A stretch of DNA of 64,000 nt from Hypanus sabinus. Lineage: Eukaryota. The translations under genes were made by a program, and so were the position numbers. Of this stretch, positions 51,172 through 64,000 are shown one piece after another (the first letter of the stretch is position 1; every line of letters begins with the position of its first letter). The stretch lies in contig NC_082731.1 in assembly GCF_030144855.1 (NCBI RefSeq), positions 24,552,001 to 24,616,000 on the forward strand, read 5' to 3'. A model generated the notes under the pieces. The model ran no database searches and was not told the DNA's origin. It saw only the letters and a program-made list of their open reading frames with translations.

Positions 51172-52150
51172 ATTCAGATTCAGATTCAGATTCAGATTAT
51201 TGTCATTAGATATCACAAATGCAATGCAGTTAGAAAATGAGACAACGTTCCCCCAGAATGATATCACAAAAGCAAATGACAAAACAGTCTACACCAGCAT
51301 ATCCACGTAACGTTCGGCAATCCCCAATCCAGTGTCCGGCGAGGCTGTTGCGCAATAATATCGCGCTACCGTCTAGTGCGTTTCCCGGAAAGGAGCTCCA
51401 TATCCACCAGAAAAAACAAGACCAAAAGCTAAAGCTACGAGACTTGCACAAAACCATATAATTACAACATATATTTACAACAGTGCAAACAAAAGCATAA
51501 TTGATAAATAAAACACAGACTATGGGCACAGTAAAAATAGTCCAAGATGTTAAAGGACAGTAAGTTCAAAAGAAATCAGCACACGGTTTCCACAAGTCCC
51601 CAGGGTCCCGACAGATTCACCAGCCCACGCCGGCGGCAGAAGCGAATGCCGCCGCTATGGACTTCCAAGGCGCCGCCCGACTCAGCCTCACAGACGCAGC
51701 ACACAACGAAAGCTACGTCGAAAGCAACTCACAGACGCAGCATACACCTAAAGCGACCTGACCGCAGCGTATTCCGAGTCCGTCGAACAGCCATGCCGAC
51801 GGGCAACCACTCCGACACAGCTTCTCCGAGCTCCATCCTCTGCCGAACGTATTAAGACGGCCCCGGCAACGGCCATCGGCAACGCGACGCCGAGGACTGT
51901 GCGCCTGTTCTTCCCAGCGGAGTCCTGGACTTCACAGAAGCAGCTGCAATGAAGGTCTTCCTGGAATTTCCCGATATTTCTCCGTGCTTCCACGGCAGTT
52001 TCCAATCGATTACGATTGCGCACCCCACTTCACAAATAACAGATAAGCAGTTCCGGAGTGGCCGCTGCAACCTGCGTCGCGCTGCCATTTTGGATGAGAA
52101 GAAAGTGCACGTTAAAATGGTTCTGCGTCTCGTCCGCCTTCTCGAAACCG
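51172..52150 (-). mobile_element. LINE 3' UTR/tail fragment (antisense)
   Basis: (AGATTC)n array at ~51172-51198 followed by the TTATTGTC pattern also seen at the other antisense LINE tails. Confidence 0.55.
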
Positions 52151-52884
52151 CTTGAATGCTATCATATATACCATGCTTAACATTGTATTGACTCATATTG
52201 CTGGTCCCACTCACCACCCTTCCCGTTTGCTCTCGCTGGTTTCAAATTTCCCCTAATTCGTTTTCTTTGTGATCTCGTAACCGATGGAAATTCACTCTTT
52301 TCCATATGAAGATGGAAGGTGCTCATTATATCGAGTCTTCAGAAAATTGCTATATATATATTGAACTGCTCAAGTATACCTGTTTTGATGATCAAAACTA
52401 CTTGATTCATCCTGCTTCGGCGTATAGAATCAGCTATTGGCGGAGTGAAAAAAAATCACTTTGAACATTTTTAATCACGAGGAGTCAAAATAAATAACGA
52501 ATATTCATTTAATCATTTAGGCTTTTGCCACAGCTCCAGATTGTAATTTCTACCAAAGTTTTTTTTTTTTTTTTTTTTTTCGGCGGCAGTTAGCTGACTT
52601 GCTTTTCCACAGTATTATCTGCCTTTTATCAATGCGCGCTGATCGGCAAACCGATCATTCCCTGATAGAATATATGATACAACGTGAATTATCGGAACAT
52701 TTTTTAGCTTTAATGCCAGCCCATTTCATTCCCTATGCTAATTTCTAATTCTCCTTCCAGCAGAATATCAACGTTTACCGACAATGATTTCCTGTTGTGC
52801 TTGCTGTGGTTAATGCTGTGACTGCCATATCTATTGTCAGTTATAAAAAAAATACCGCACTTTGCCCCAAATATGGATACATAT

Positions 52885-53495
52885 CGAACTGCATGCGAGT
52901 ACACAGTTATAAATATGTCATTGCATGTCTTGGATATCACTGATATTTTTCATTACAATTATTAGAAGAGCCTTCATTTGGTGAACAGACACTGTGAATT
53001 TGTATTACACATTCGAAATATACTGTGAGTTTGAACTCTGTATCAGGAACTGTGCGTTTTTGCCTGGATACATATCCATAGTTCTATACTTATTGATGAG
53101 AGTCTAAAGTCTGCATTTTCCTGCGTCGTCTGTCGCACTCAGTATATGTAGGTCACAGTATTATAAGATGCAGCAGCTGACTCTCCTGCTTTACATCTCT
53201 TTCGAAACATCGCACCGAGAGAGGAAAATAACTCAGTGAATATTTAAATGCTGTTTGCGAATGGTATTTCTCACTTCCAAGAACTGCAAATACAAAGAAC
53301 TTAAACGGTCATTCTATCATGCTATCGCAAATTAAGCTGCTTCCTTCCATCTCGATTTACTTACTGTAACGGGTTAAAATTTAAATCCATTGATATGATG
53401 TATGTTACGTCGCTTTCACAATGAAAACTATTAAATGGTTAAGTCTCTACTATGATCTGCAATGATGGTGACAAAATTAAAACGCAATACTACAT
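52885..53495 (-). pseudogene. Decayed TCR-V-like gene with leader remnant
   Basis: Leader-like M*YCVLILSPSLQII(G) at 53450-53495, 46 nt like the intact V. Acceptor tttgcag|VLG. Motifs YPGKNAQFLI, KFTVSVH and NISDIQ..IYNCVL. A CACAGTG at 52990-52996 gives an alternative 3' end. TGACGTC lies 84 nt upstream of the ATG. Confidence 0.45.
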
Positions 53496-53978
53496 GGTGA
53501 CAACCTTCTCATGAGTCATGAATTCAATATCAGAATCGGATACAAATTCTGAGATTTGGATCGGGGTACCGGAACACATGACGTCTGTAAGATGCACACT
53601 AACGGACTGCTATTGCAAAGACAATGTGTTCAAAAGCCCCGCCCATCACGCACAAAGTTTTCAACTAACCTGCAAGTACTCTGTCATGTCAGTGAAAATA
53701 ATCCGCAGTTGAATAAGGAGAAGCATGCGAAATCGTGCTGAAGAGAGGGAGAGATTTGTCGTTAAATCGTTGCTGAACGTCTATGTGGCGTGAAGCTGTG
53801 TAAAGAAAAAGTATGAACAACAATGATAACGTTTCAGTATTTGGGAACTGCGAAATTTTACAGTGATGGAACAGATCTTCATTATTTCGGTGATGTGTAA
53901 TGCGAAGTATTTCTTTATTTACGACCTGCAACCTAACCCATAAATAGGGCAACCTTCTAGACGGCATTTTATGAGATT

Positions 53979-53982
<4 letters not shown>

Positions 53983-54015
<33 letters not shown>
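53983..54015 (+). repeat. (AG)n microsatellite
   Basis: Perfect AG run. Confidence 0.95.
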
Positions 54016-54018
<3 letters not shown>

Positions 54019-54899
54019 CAGCATGATAATGTAACATTGTCGTCAGTGAGGTAAGATAAATTATCAAAGGGGAGCAGAATCGAAAAGGGAGATGAAGGCG
54101 TGACTGGAGATCTCAAAAATGAATGCGTTAGCCAGAGAAACTACAGTACTACAGTCCATTCAAGGACAAGGGAAGCACCACAGACAAGCCAGCTGTCTTT
54201 CTTTCCCCCTTTTATGTGTACTGAAAACTGAAACTTACTCTTGCATAACCAAATCAGTAACAGAATGTAAAGACAGGATCATCAGTTAATGATATGCTAA
54301 ACATGAGACCATTCACAAACTATTACCTATTTGTTATCTGATCGAAGTGGACTCCGAACTGATTATTGTCTTTAGGAGTATCATATCAGAGCAATTGTCG
54401 GAGACTGTTCCAGGAGGAGTCGCTGCTTGTTATGTAAAATGCCAGACCTACCAAACAAGCTACCTGTAATTTCGTTAGACTCTATTTGTGTTTCCTTTTT
54501 GAAATGCTTTGGACCAGTCAGTGTGTAAAGGCCCAAATACAGAAGGCTGCGGTGGTTAGGATAATAAAACAAGGTTGGCAGTAGCCAATGCAAAGATGAG
54601 TAAGAAGGTTAAACAAGTATGTCAGATGATTCTGAGCCGATAATGTGTCGATCCCATGTTTCACCGTATGAGGAACAACGAGTACGATAACTCTCCAACA
54701 GTCAGAGTTCAACCATCACGGATAACGAAAACTCCACCAACACGTCGAAATAGGGACCACGAGAAACGCCTAGCCAGCGTAGCTACTTTCCCCGGATAAT
54801 ACATATTACTTTCATTGACTTTTCCTGGACAGTCTCGGGAACAATTTGTGAACCCAAGTGATTTTAGATGAAGTAATAGAAGTTACATTTATTCGGTAA

Positions 54900-56800
54900 C
54901 TACAGATTCTCTGCCCCTCATTGATCATTAAGTATACTGCTGATTCATTTAACAGAAATGGCGTCCCCGTTGGCGGCTCGAGGATAAATCGCTTTGTTCG
55001 AGTCGGACCACATGGGTGTGAGACAGAAAGATGCGTGGCTGGGTAGTTAGCAGTCATTGACCCAGGATGAAGAGGTCCGGAATTTCTGCAATTCCACAGG
55101 ACTTGGATAGCTTTGGTTGGAGGGAGATACCTCCAGAACGACGGGTTGTGGAAGTGGCCGCAATATGAGGGGTTTATCGATTATCCTGGCTATGAGGAAA
55201 AATCTGTTGTTGATGCCCTAGGGAAAATCGCCCAAAGAAAGCTATCGAGCAGGAACTTTAAATAATTACAAACAATTAGCATTTGCTTATTTCATTGACG
55301 ATTTGATGGAATTACAACAGCGTGCTAAAGTAGCACGGCATAGATTAAAATCGGAAAGCGAACATCAATATCAGCAATAACAGTAGCCGAGCGAAATAGG
55401 GTAGGAGCTGAAGAAAAATAAAACGGAGGTAGACACCTTTGGAGAAAGGGTTACTGATTTGCAGTTTCAGAGAGATAAGGATGTGATGTTTCTGAAAGAG
55501 TTTCATTTGAAGTGTCACAAATTGCTTACAGAGAAATGTAAAACACACGAAGCAGCCGTTTTGGCGAAGGACAACGTGGAAGGAATAAAGAAAGAGTGCA
55601 GTGATTTAAAGCCGGCTATGGATGTGCTTCAGAAATCATCATTGGAAAGGATTAGTAACACTGGCGATAAGGAAAGTGTTTATAGCATATTCAAAAGTTT
55701 CAGGACTAACTTACTAAGCAAGGTATAAAATGCGCTTTTGAATCTGAAAAAGAGGAAGAGGGTGAATATGGAAATATTGATTGACATTATTTAGTAGATG
55801 AAGCTATTAGGTATGGTTACGATAATTACAATGTACAATTTCCCGAGGAATTCCCATCGACACCCTACCAACGGGAGCCGGTGCTACTGTCTGCACGGTT
55901 GGCTTCTCTTGTTACAATCAATGAGTGGGCAGCAGGAAGAGAAAATGAAAATCAGGATATAAAATAAAACTCACCATTTGGGGCACAGCACCTTATAGAT
56001 ATCATTAAGGATATCAGGTTATCTGTGCGCAGAGATAAACCTTGAGAGCTTTTCGAAGCAACTAGTCATCTGAAAATCCTACCTGGATAGACAGATATGA
56101 GAAAATGAAACTTATAATCAGATATGCAATCATTTTTGCCAGATAAACAATGACATGGCGGTGGAACAAGTGAGGAACTGAGAAATGTAATAATGAATGG
56201 TATGGCTGTTAACGGAGACGAACCGGTAGATGCGCTAGCCAAATGTTACCAGAGGAGAGGAGAAATCCATCTGCATTTATATTCATTTTATCTACTGTAT
56301 TCCAAGGGGTATATGGGACAGTATTAAAGCGGGATATTTAGGACAACACGCCTTAAATAGAAGTTTGATGGCACTCTTATCTCACTGTACAGATTAATCT
56401 AAATAAGCACTGGATGTATCTGTGGGTATGCAGCGTCATACTCCAAACAACAACCGTCGAATATTTCCCAGGCGGAGAGAAAGCAATGGAGTTTAAAAGA
56501 AGAAAATAAGTATCCGGGGTTTAGGATTCCCTAAACTTTACTTGTGATGGTTGAATAGGTGTTGAGGCAGGCAGCTGCAATGGTATTATTCATTTAGAGA
56601 GACTAGAATATAAAAGAAAGGAGGTACTACTGAGCCATTATAAGAAACGGTTAAGTTCCTTATTTGGACGATTGTGATCTGTAATGGAAATTATACATAA
56701 CGCCCACACTATTAAAACCATGCTAATAACTCAAGTTATCATAGATATTTTATCGGGTTTTAATAAAGAGCCACAACAAGAAAGGTACCCGTCGTGGTAA
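54900..56800 (+). mobile_element. Old CR1 remnants
   Basis: Degenerate ORF1, endonuclease and 3' wording. Confidence 0.45.
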
Positions 56801-57169
56801 TAGTCATAATATTAGTGTCATCAATTTAACTGCCTTCATGCAAACTTCTTATTTAAAGTCCACAGTTTTCTTCAAAATCTAAACAAATTCCTGGAGCCAT
56901 AAAAGTGTTGAAAAATATCTCCTACCTAATGCTCAAGTCACACATTACGCATCAAAGTATCGTCTATTTTACAGTTTTTACAAATTATTTACAACATTGT
57001 GATATTATGCTTCTCCCAACAATCACCACTGACCTAATTAATCTCAAAATAGTTACAGAAGCGATGATAGGATGCAGTAAAGGTATAAACCTATGTATAA
57101 AGTAACTGATAATGCACTAAGTTGTTTTAAACTAAGCCCCACGGGAAAGCAGTAGTTTTCTATGCTCTT

Positions 57170-57431
57170 ATATATTCACAGAATAAACTGGAATTTGTGC
57201 CACACTCAATATTAATTGAAGTGAGCACCAAACAGTTGTGAAATACCTGCAAAACCAGGCAAAGCAGTGGCGTGCTGTAATCATTCCATCTATTAATTCA
57301 ATCTGATTATCGACACAAGAACAATCATGTGACAATCCTCTTCACGAAAATCTTCCGTTAATATAAAAAGCAATGAAATACGCCGTGTCTTCATATAGGT
57401 GCAAACACTATCATTTTTTTGGGACAGTATC
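57170..57431 (-). pseudogene. Possible very decayed TCR-V-like segment
   Basis: Acceptor tttgcag|GYC..; HC; ttgttcttgtgtcgataa is LFWYRQ with single substitutions; gtttattctgt resembles VYFC. Confidence 0.25.
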
Positions 57432-58399
57432 CTGCAAATTATATTCAGAGTCATCCATTTTTACAGACATGACAAACCATAATATGCGTCCGGATAAAAA
57501 TATTACAGGACAAAACAAGAAAGAAGACTAACGTACTTAATAGACAGTCATTACAAAACACACAAGACATATATAAATCATAAAGAAATCTAAACCAAGC
57601 AAAACTGAAATATGCTGAGCTAAACGAGGAAATAGAAGTACCTTAGAACATGAAAGGGAAAGTTTTCTTCAAATCGTAACAGGTGTTTCCTGAAAGATTT
57701 TACACAGTGTCCCAAATCTATTTTGGATAAGCAACAATATTGATGCAAAAAGTCACCTTGCTAACTACCACCGGGAGGGTACCTAAATTCCAGACAGCTT
57801 AGAAATCCACGTGTTTTGCTAAACACATTCTTCAAGTTCAATTCACTTGAGCCAAGCAAGAACATAAACATGAAATTAATACCGATTTAGACTGACAGTA
57901 CTACAAAGCATATTATGAGGGATCAATTATTGTAGACATGACAATCTTTAATAACAGATTGGATGTAATATTTCAGAATAAACACGCGGGAAGAACTATA
58001 GCTGCAACCGTTCCAAGCACACAGCACATAGGGATTTAGTACGTTAAAAGTATCAAGAATGTCGTCAATATAAGAGGAAATAAATGTGCTATGAAATAAG
58101 AATAGGAAATCGATTATTGCGAAAATAATGTCGACAACATGTCAATAGCTCAAAGTCCCTAATCATTATACAAGTAGGCCTATACGCAACATGTTTGTGC
58201 GATTCCTAGCGGCTGAGAAATTAGTGGGCTGAGCTCTGCCCACACCTCATGTTTACCAGTTAAACTGAGGTAAAGATACAATAATAATTAAGCATTTTAT
58301 TTTCGTTTATACCGAGGAAATTTGATGAAGTCTTTGAAACTAGATCCATAGCCTATTTGATTTCCTCAGTGATGTGCTGAGTGAACCTAAAATATTTTA

Positions 58400-59000
58400 A
58401 CATTACTGGTTCAGGAGATTGATTGCTGAGGTCATTTCTGTTCCTGATCGTTTTGTTGTTGTTTCTGAAGCTTATGAATGTTTTGCTTTTCTCTTTTTTT
58501 TATATATAGTATTGACAAGAACGTCGATATGGCGCGTCCCTGATGATGCATCCTACAATCTTGCCTTCGACTTCCATGCAGATATACTCAGTGGTGCAGT
58601 ATGCTTTCTCTTTGATGGCGTATGCAGGTCTATTAAATTTCTTGATCCTTTTATAGAATGGCACTCTTTTTGCAATATCTAGCCTGGATGCATTCTATAC
58701 TTTATTAAGGGTGCCATTGTTCTGTGTCATTGTATTTATCAACGAATCGACATACAGGATTCTAATGCAGATTACTGTAACTCCTCAATCTAGCTTTTTC
58801 AATTCTGAGAACGAGCACATCCGAAATACATCGACATGTAATCGTATTTTTTTCCTTATAATATTATTTCGAAGTACCCTGGAAATGGATTTGTACCCCA
58901 TGTCCTGGGAACTGTATTTCCTTGTGTATTGCCGTTGGAGTGAAACCAGAATAATCACAGACGGAAGTGAGAATATATCCACAAGTGCATCAATGTTTTG
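58400..59000 (-). mobile_element. Old CR1 linker fragment (antisense)
   Basis: The minus strand reads as the basic CR1 tether region (RVP..K...KEKAY...). Confidence 0.45.
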
Positions 59001-59659
59001 AATGTCTCTCGTTCATGAAGAACACAGATCTGCACTGAAGTAAAAAATAAAACAATTCATTCTCTCGGATTTATTATTATATGTTTGTAACAAACACGCC
59101 ATCAGTGACACTCCGTTGATCTGAACATTGCAATGTCTTAATCTGCCGTTTTTATTTTTATTTATTTGTTCTTTCCTTGTTAATGCAATCGTCGAGATAG
59201 AGAAATGCACATTTACGTGATAGTAACAATTTAAAATTGCGAACGTATACAGTTAAATATATACTTATTTCCAAAATCACGTAATCGACACTAAATTTTA
59301 CATTTTAACGATTTTACATTCACACTGACATATAGAAATAGGCAGCTTTTTTGTGGAAAAAAAAACACAGGTATACGGAACAAAGTTTGACAAAGCAGCA
59401 GTATAAACAAAAACGTGTAAGTATCATGCAAATGATCACTAAAACAAAAGAACAAAATGCTGGGACATGTGTTACAGAATCATTGGAAGCGAATGGATTT
59501 ATTTTTAGACTAAAAGTGAGTTAATGCATTCGCCTTAGTTTAGTAGAATGACACATCTAGGTCCACGTGTGTGCTTTTTTTTTTCTTTTTTGTTTTTCCT
59601 GACTCTCCGGAAGAATGCAGCCAAAGTCAGCTTCTAGCATTACAGTATTGGGCGGTCTG

Positions 59660-60230
59660 GTCTTCAGCCTCTCTGTCTGGCCACATAAAAAATATGAAGA
59701 ATGAGAGCATCACGTGTCAGTGTATATGACATACCGGTCGCAATACTGTTTGATAAATGCAGTCGGCTGCCCCTGTCTTCTGCTTAATTCATGCCGTGTT
59801 TGCCACGACGCTCAGAATCAGAATTAGAATCAGAATCTAATTTATTATCACCAGCATGCGACGTGAAATGTGTTAACTTGTAGAAAGGCAGGTACAAGGC
59901 TACATCCCAACAATTCCGTCATTAGAATTCAACGTCTGAGGCTTAAGGCAAGTTTTAAGATCAACTTAACCCGCTCTGCCAGTAACACATTGAAGAAGAA
60001 CACGTCACCGATTCTGTTTGCTCCTGAAAAATTAAAATTAAAAACAGCTCTGTATATAGTCTAACACAAATCCACCTATCACTTAGGGCTCCATTATTAT
60101 TTGAAATTAGATTTGAAATAGTTTTGATTACTGACGGATCAATGAAAGTGAAATGCAAAATTTGTCTTGCTTACCAATCACACAGAGCACGACAGTGCAT
60201 ATACAGTGCACGACAGCAGAACGAAGCGAA
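59660..60230 (-). pseudogene. Decayed TCR-V-like gene interrupted by a short Rex-type LINE tail (~59811-59885)
   Basis: Leader-like AVVLCVIG with gtaagc donor (60174), a ~150-nt intron, a strong acceptor atttttcag|GA GCA; ESVT.SSS..LAERVKLIL; after the insertion SYTLTRDAL..IFY/CG. Confidence 0.4.
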
Positions 60231-60947
60231 CTAGTACCAAAGCCGAATAAATTTACCCGGCTACAGAGGAGTACAGAGATGCATTTGCTGACGTTTTATT
60301 TGTGCGTCAGTTCCCCCAATCTTTGATGTTGAACACTATCGATGGGATTTTGACCTTTATCTATTAAGGGGTACAACGCAGACAGACCCTTCCGGCACAA
60401 CGAGCAACGCTGCCCATCAAATTAGTTGCCCTAATCTAAATGCAAATTGCAATAATTATTTAACCGAATTGCCCTGAAGACATTGCACTATAGGAGGGAA
60501 CAGAAGCAGCCAGAAGAGAGCAATGTGCTTACCAGGAAAACGTATGAACTCCTTCCGGACGGCATGTGCATTGAATTCTGAACACCGGAACGGCCCGAAC
60601 TGTCGCAGTGTCTAGGTAACCATTACACTACACTTCCGCACGGTTGTAAATTGTTTGCTTCAACGTATTGCTCATTCCATGCACAGAATTTGTGGAAACA
60701 ATCTACTGAAAATCCTTAACTTGACAAAAATTCATTTGACTTATTCAAATGTATTGAACCAACATTCACATGCCGTGTTGCTTGGAGTATAAAAATGCAA
60801 ATTCAGGCACGACAAAATGTACGTTTCCACACAAATAGGTCATCTTTGTTACAGGGTCCCGCATGTGGATGGAAGGTGTCCTTCTTTCACTAATCTCCGG
60901 AAATATGGCCAGTAAGTTATTTAGTAATTAATTTGATGCAGACCTTC

Positions 60948-63339
60948 TGTTACGTACCCATGGGTTTCTTGTGTCGTCACATTACCATGATGGAATTGAG
61001 GCTAAGCTGGGCATGCTGTAATGGTCTTGTGATGGTGGAGTGACGTAATTTTCCCGTCAGCGAGACATCATGTGATAGTTTTTTTTCAACAAGGTTACAA
61101 AAGGAGTACTCCTCCCTGTCTCGCAGTGCAGATCGTGGTTGAATTCGTTGATTGAATCCGTTTGGCTGTGTATTCGATGTTATGACGCAGTTTTGATTTA
61201 AAGTGGATTTACACTTTCTGCCTTAAGTCTCAAAGATTATTGCCAGCAGATTTGCTACAGTACTGCCAGTTCAGTCCAGTCGGAGAGTAAAGATTTAACC
61301 AAATTCGGGAAGCTGAAGGTTCGAGGAAAGTTGATGCCGGCGGTGAAACAGGTTCAAACTTAAATAATTATTTTACAGGGAATTAGGAAACCACTGTCCA
61401 AGATAAGTCCTGCTTTGCCAAAATAGCGGAAAGAATTGGACGTCGAGTTTCGCCATGGATAGCTCAGTATCTTTAAGCCATTTTATATCCTTCAATCGTA
61501 AATCCCTTGGCAAAGCCTACTTCGGATGAGGTTAGTAGTAACGTCGCGAAAGAGAATTTATTACATCAAGGAAAGTCTCTCCTAACTGTAAGTCATTTTG
61601 GACTATTTTTGCAGTATGACTTTAACGAACTGAGTATACATTTCTCGCTTTAAGAATTGTTCGAGTTGACGTTTCGCAGCTGACTTCTGGTTAAGTTAGA
61701 CGTTTGTTTACTTTTGGGTTTTTTAGCAGCGTTTAATAAATATTTTATTTTTAACAATAACAAATAAACTGTCTCAATCCTATATTCATTGTTGCTGGAT
61801 CATAACAATTGGAGGCTTATGGGATGATCCATTTTTGAGTTTAAGTGCTTTTTTGATATTTAATCGGTGATTTGGAAAATGGGAATGCCCGATTATTTTG
61901 TTTGTTTGGCCTGTCAGAGGTATTCGGCAACAAGAAATATTGACGACTTCCTGGAATCGCCAGACGCAGAATTATTGACAATGGCGAAAAAGAGTGATGT
62001 GTTTGTGATTGCTAGCAGGTTCGAATTTAAAGGAATTAGGAAGATACAACAAACCCCGTAAATCAGAGAAAAATCGCGGAACACTATATAGAGTCGGGTG
62101 TTTTGATTTATCGATGATCGATCAGTTTCCTTTGAGTACAGCAGCGATTCAGTTACACCTGTAACAAGCAGCATTAGAAAAGCTTATGAAAAAAACTAAA
62201 TTAAAACAGAAGGAACTTGACGCTAACTTGGAACTAAGTCGATTAGAATCTGAAAATTAAAAAAAAAAGATACGGTTGGAAGCTAACTGGGAATAACGTC
62301 GCTTAGAAGGTGAGAATATGCAGAGGGAATTTGAACTTGCGATGGCGGAATTAACGTCCGAGATTCAGTCCTCCGGTTCGAGATAAAGGTTTGCTGTAAG
62401 TCAGGATATCAAATTGGTCCCTCCATTTAGTGAAACTGAAGTCGGAAAGTACTTTCAACATTTAGAAACTGTTCCTCCGATTTCTGAGTGGCCGAAAGAA
62501 AAATGGTGGGTGTTGCTACAGAGTGCAATTTAGGGCAAAACACAGCAGGTTTATATAGATTTAACTGCTGAGCAGCACTTGATTATGATACTGTGAAACT
62601 GCACCATTTGAAGGAGTATCAGTTGGTCCCAGAAGCTTATAGCGAAAGATTCAGAAATTGGAAGAAATCGGTGGAAAAAAAAAACTTACCTGGAATTTGC
62701 CTATGATAAAGCTGCGTGTTTTGAGAGATGGGTTTCCTCGCAAAATCTAAATGGGACTATAATAAATTGAAAGAACTGATTTTCATAGAGGAATTTGAAA
62801 GGAGTATCCCCGTTGAAGAAGTGACATACTTAAATGAGAAGGACACTGATACATTGCAGGAGTTTGCTAAATTAGCTGATGAGTATGCCTTAATCCATAA
62901 GAATAAATTTCCTCAGCGCAGACCTTTTAAAATGAAAAATAACACAATGATTCAAGGTAAACCAGAAATTAAATTAGAAGTTCCTGAGAAAGGTAAGGAG
63001 AAAGGAAAACTTGCGAAGGAAAGATAATTTGTTCCCATTTGCAATTACTGTCAGAAGTCTCGCCATGTAATAGCTAACTCTTTCCGATTGAAAAGTGCAG
63101 GAGGAAGCAGTCCCAGATGCGTGTGTGCAACATACTGAAACACCTGTAAATTCTCAGTGTGTGATTTCTCGCTTTAAGAACTGTTCGAGTTGCCGTATCG
63201 TAGCCGACCAGGTTAAGTTAGTTGTTTGTTTACTTTTGTCTTTTTTCTTATTATTATAACAGTGTTTAATAGATGTTCTATTTGTTTTATATATTTAAAA
63301 CTGTTCCAATTCTATATCCATTGTTGCTTAATCGTAATA
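60948..63339 (+). mobile_element. Gypsy LTR retrotransposon: full 5' LTR, degenerate gag, deletion, 3' part of the second LTR
   Basis: LTR 60948-61807 (TGTTACG...CATAACA); gag KLVPPFSETEVGKYF, EWPKEKW.VLLQS, LVPEAY, LIFIEEF, ADEYALIHK, CNYCQK..H; 63160-63339 matches the LTR 3' end (61642-61807). Confidence 0.8.
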
Positions 63340-63429
63340 GTACAAACAGACTACTAACTGTGATCTGAGAGAGTCAACTAATCATTGCAATGCATTGATT
63401 TTTTTTTGGGAAACGCTTTTACAAACTCG

Positions 63430-63722
63430 CCTTCTCCATCCAATTAAGTAATGCCCCACTCTGATCTGAGTTTATTCTGCAGTGCAAGACACCACTGTGT
63501 ATATTTTCAAACGGTAGCGTTCGATTTGCAATCTTACATAAACACGTAGCACATATTTATCTTGTTTCCTGTTGGCCACAATGCGTATACTTCTTGGCTT
63601 TTCTCGATATGAGCAATGTAAAATGAATTTGCACGTTGGTTACATTCAGTACTATTCGTGTGGCATTTTAGAGAAATCACTTCCTCGTCGGTGAAATAAG
63701 TATCTGCTGAGGCCTCCGACCA
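63430..63722 (-). pseudogene. Possible decayed TCR-V-like segment
   Basis: ORF 63534-63740 contains FTDEEVISLKC and EKSQEVYALW; downstream ALQ...EWGI resembles a decayed DSGIYYC. Confidence 0.3.
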
Positions 63723-64000
63723 AGGAATAAATAACAACAAAACACTGATTTATGAATTTTCAACTTTCACACCAGGTTAACATATCTACAGGTAAACCAG
63801 GTGAAGCTGAAATCTCCGAAGCTCTCGATCTTTTTCTATTTCTTTGTTTGACCTCTCTCAGTCACTCACACTCTGTCATACACACACATTATTTCTTGAT
63901 TTTAGAGAGAGTGACAGATCCGAAAAGCAGGAAGTTTGACACGTCTTGTATGTGCCAAACAAATTGAAATACTCTTCCCAGAGACTTTTGTCGGATGCAG

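Overview
Vertebrate genomic DNA from a cartilaginous fish (probably a ray or skate; this is inferred from the Ig sequences and repeat types). It is repeat-rich and has four N gaps (5951-6122, 7635-7782, 12377-12576, 37317-37455). The non-repeat sequence is an antigen-receptor locus, entirely on the minus strand. It holds one intact TCR alpha/delta-type V gene (leader 48234-48279, V exon 47378-47679, canonical 23-RSS) and about eight heavily decayed TCR-V-like relics of low to moderate confidence. Among these lies a pseudogenised IgW-like heavy-chain minicluster: leader-VH, a putative D, JH, CH1 and a terminal CH with secretory tailpiece (4124-12122). The cluster appears to have only two C domains, and a decayed TCR-V-like segment seems to sit inside its J-C intron. 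The remainder is CR1, Rex1/Babar, L1, Penelope-like, Tc1, Ty3/gypsy and BEL/Pao elements, including a nested block of about 18 kb (27.9-46.4 kb). All calls come from manual translation and motif recognition; no database searches were run.
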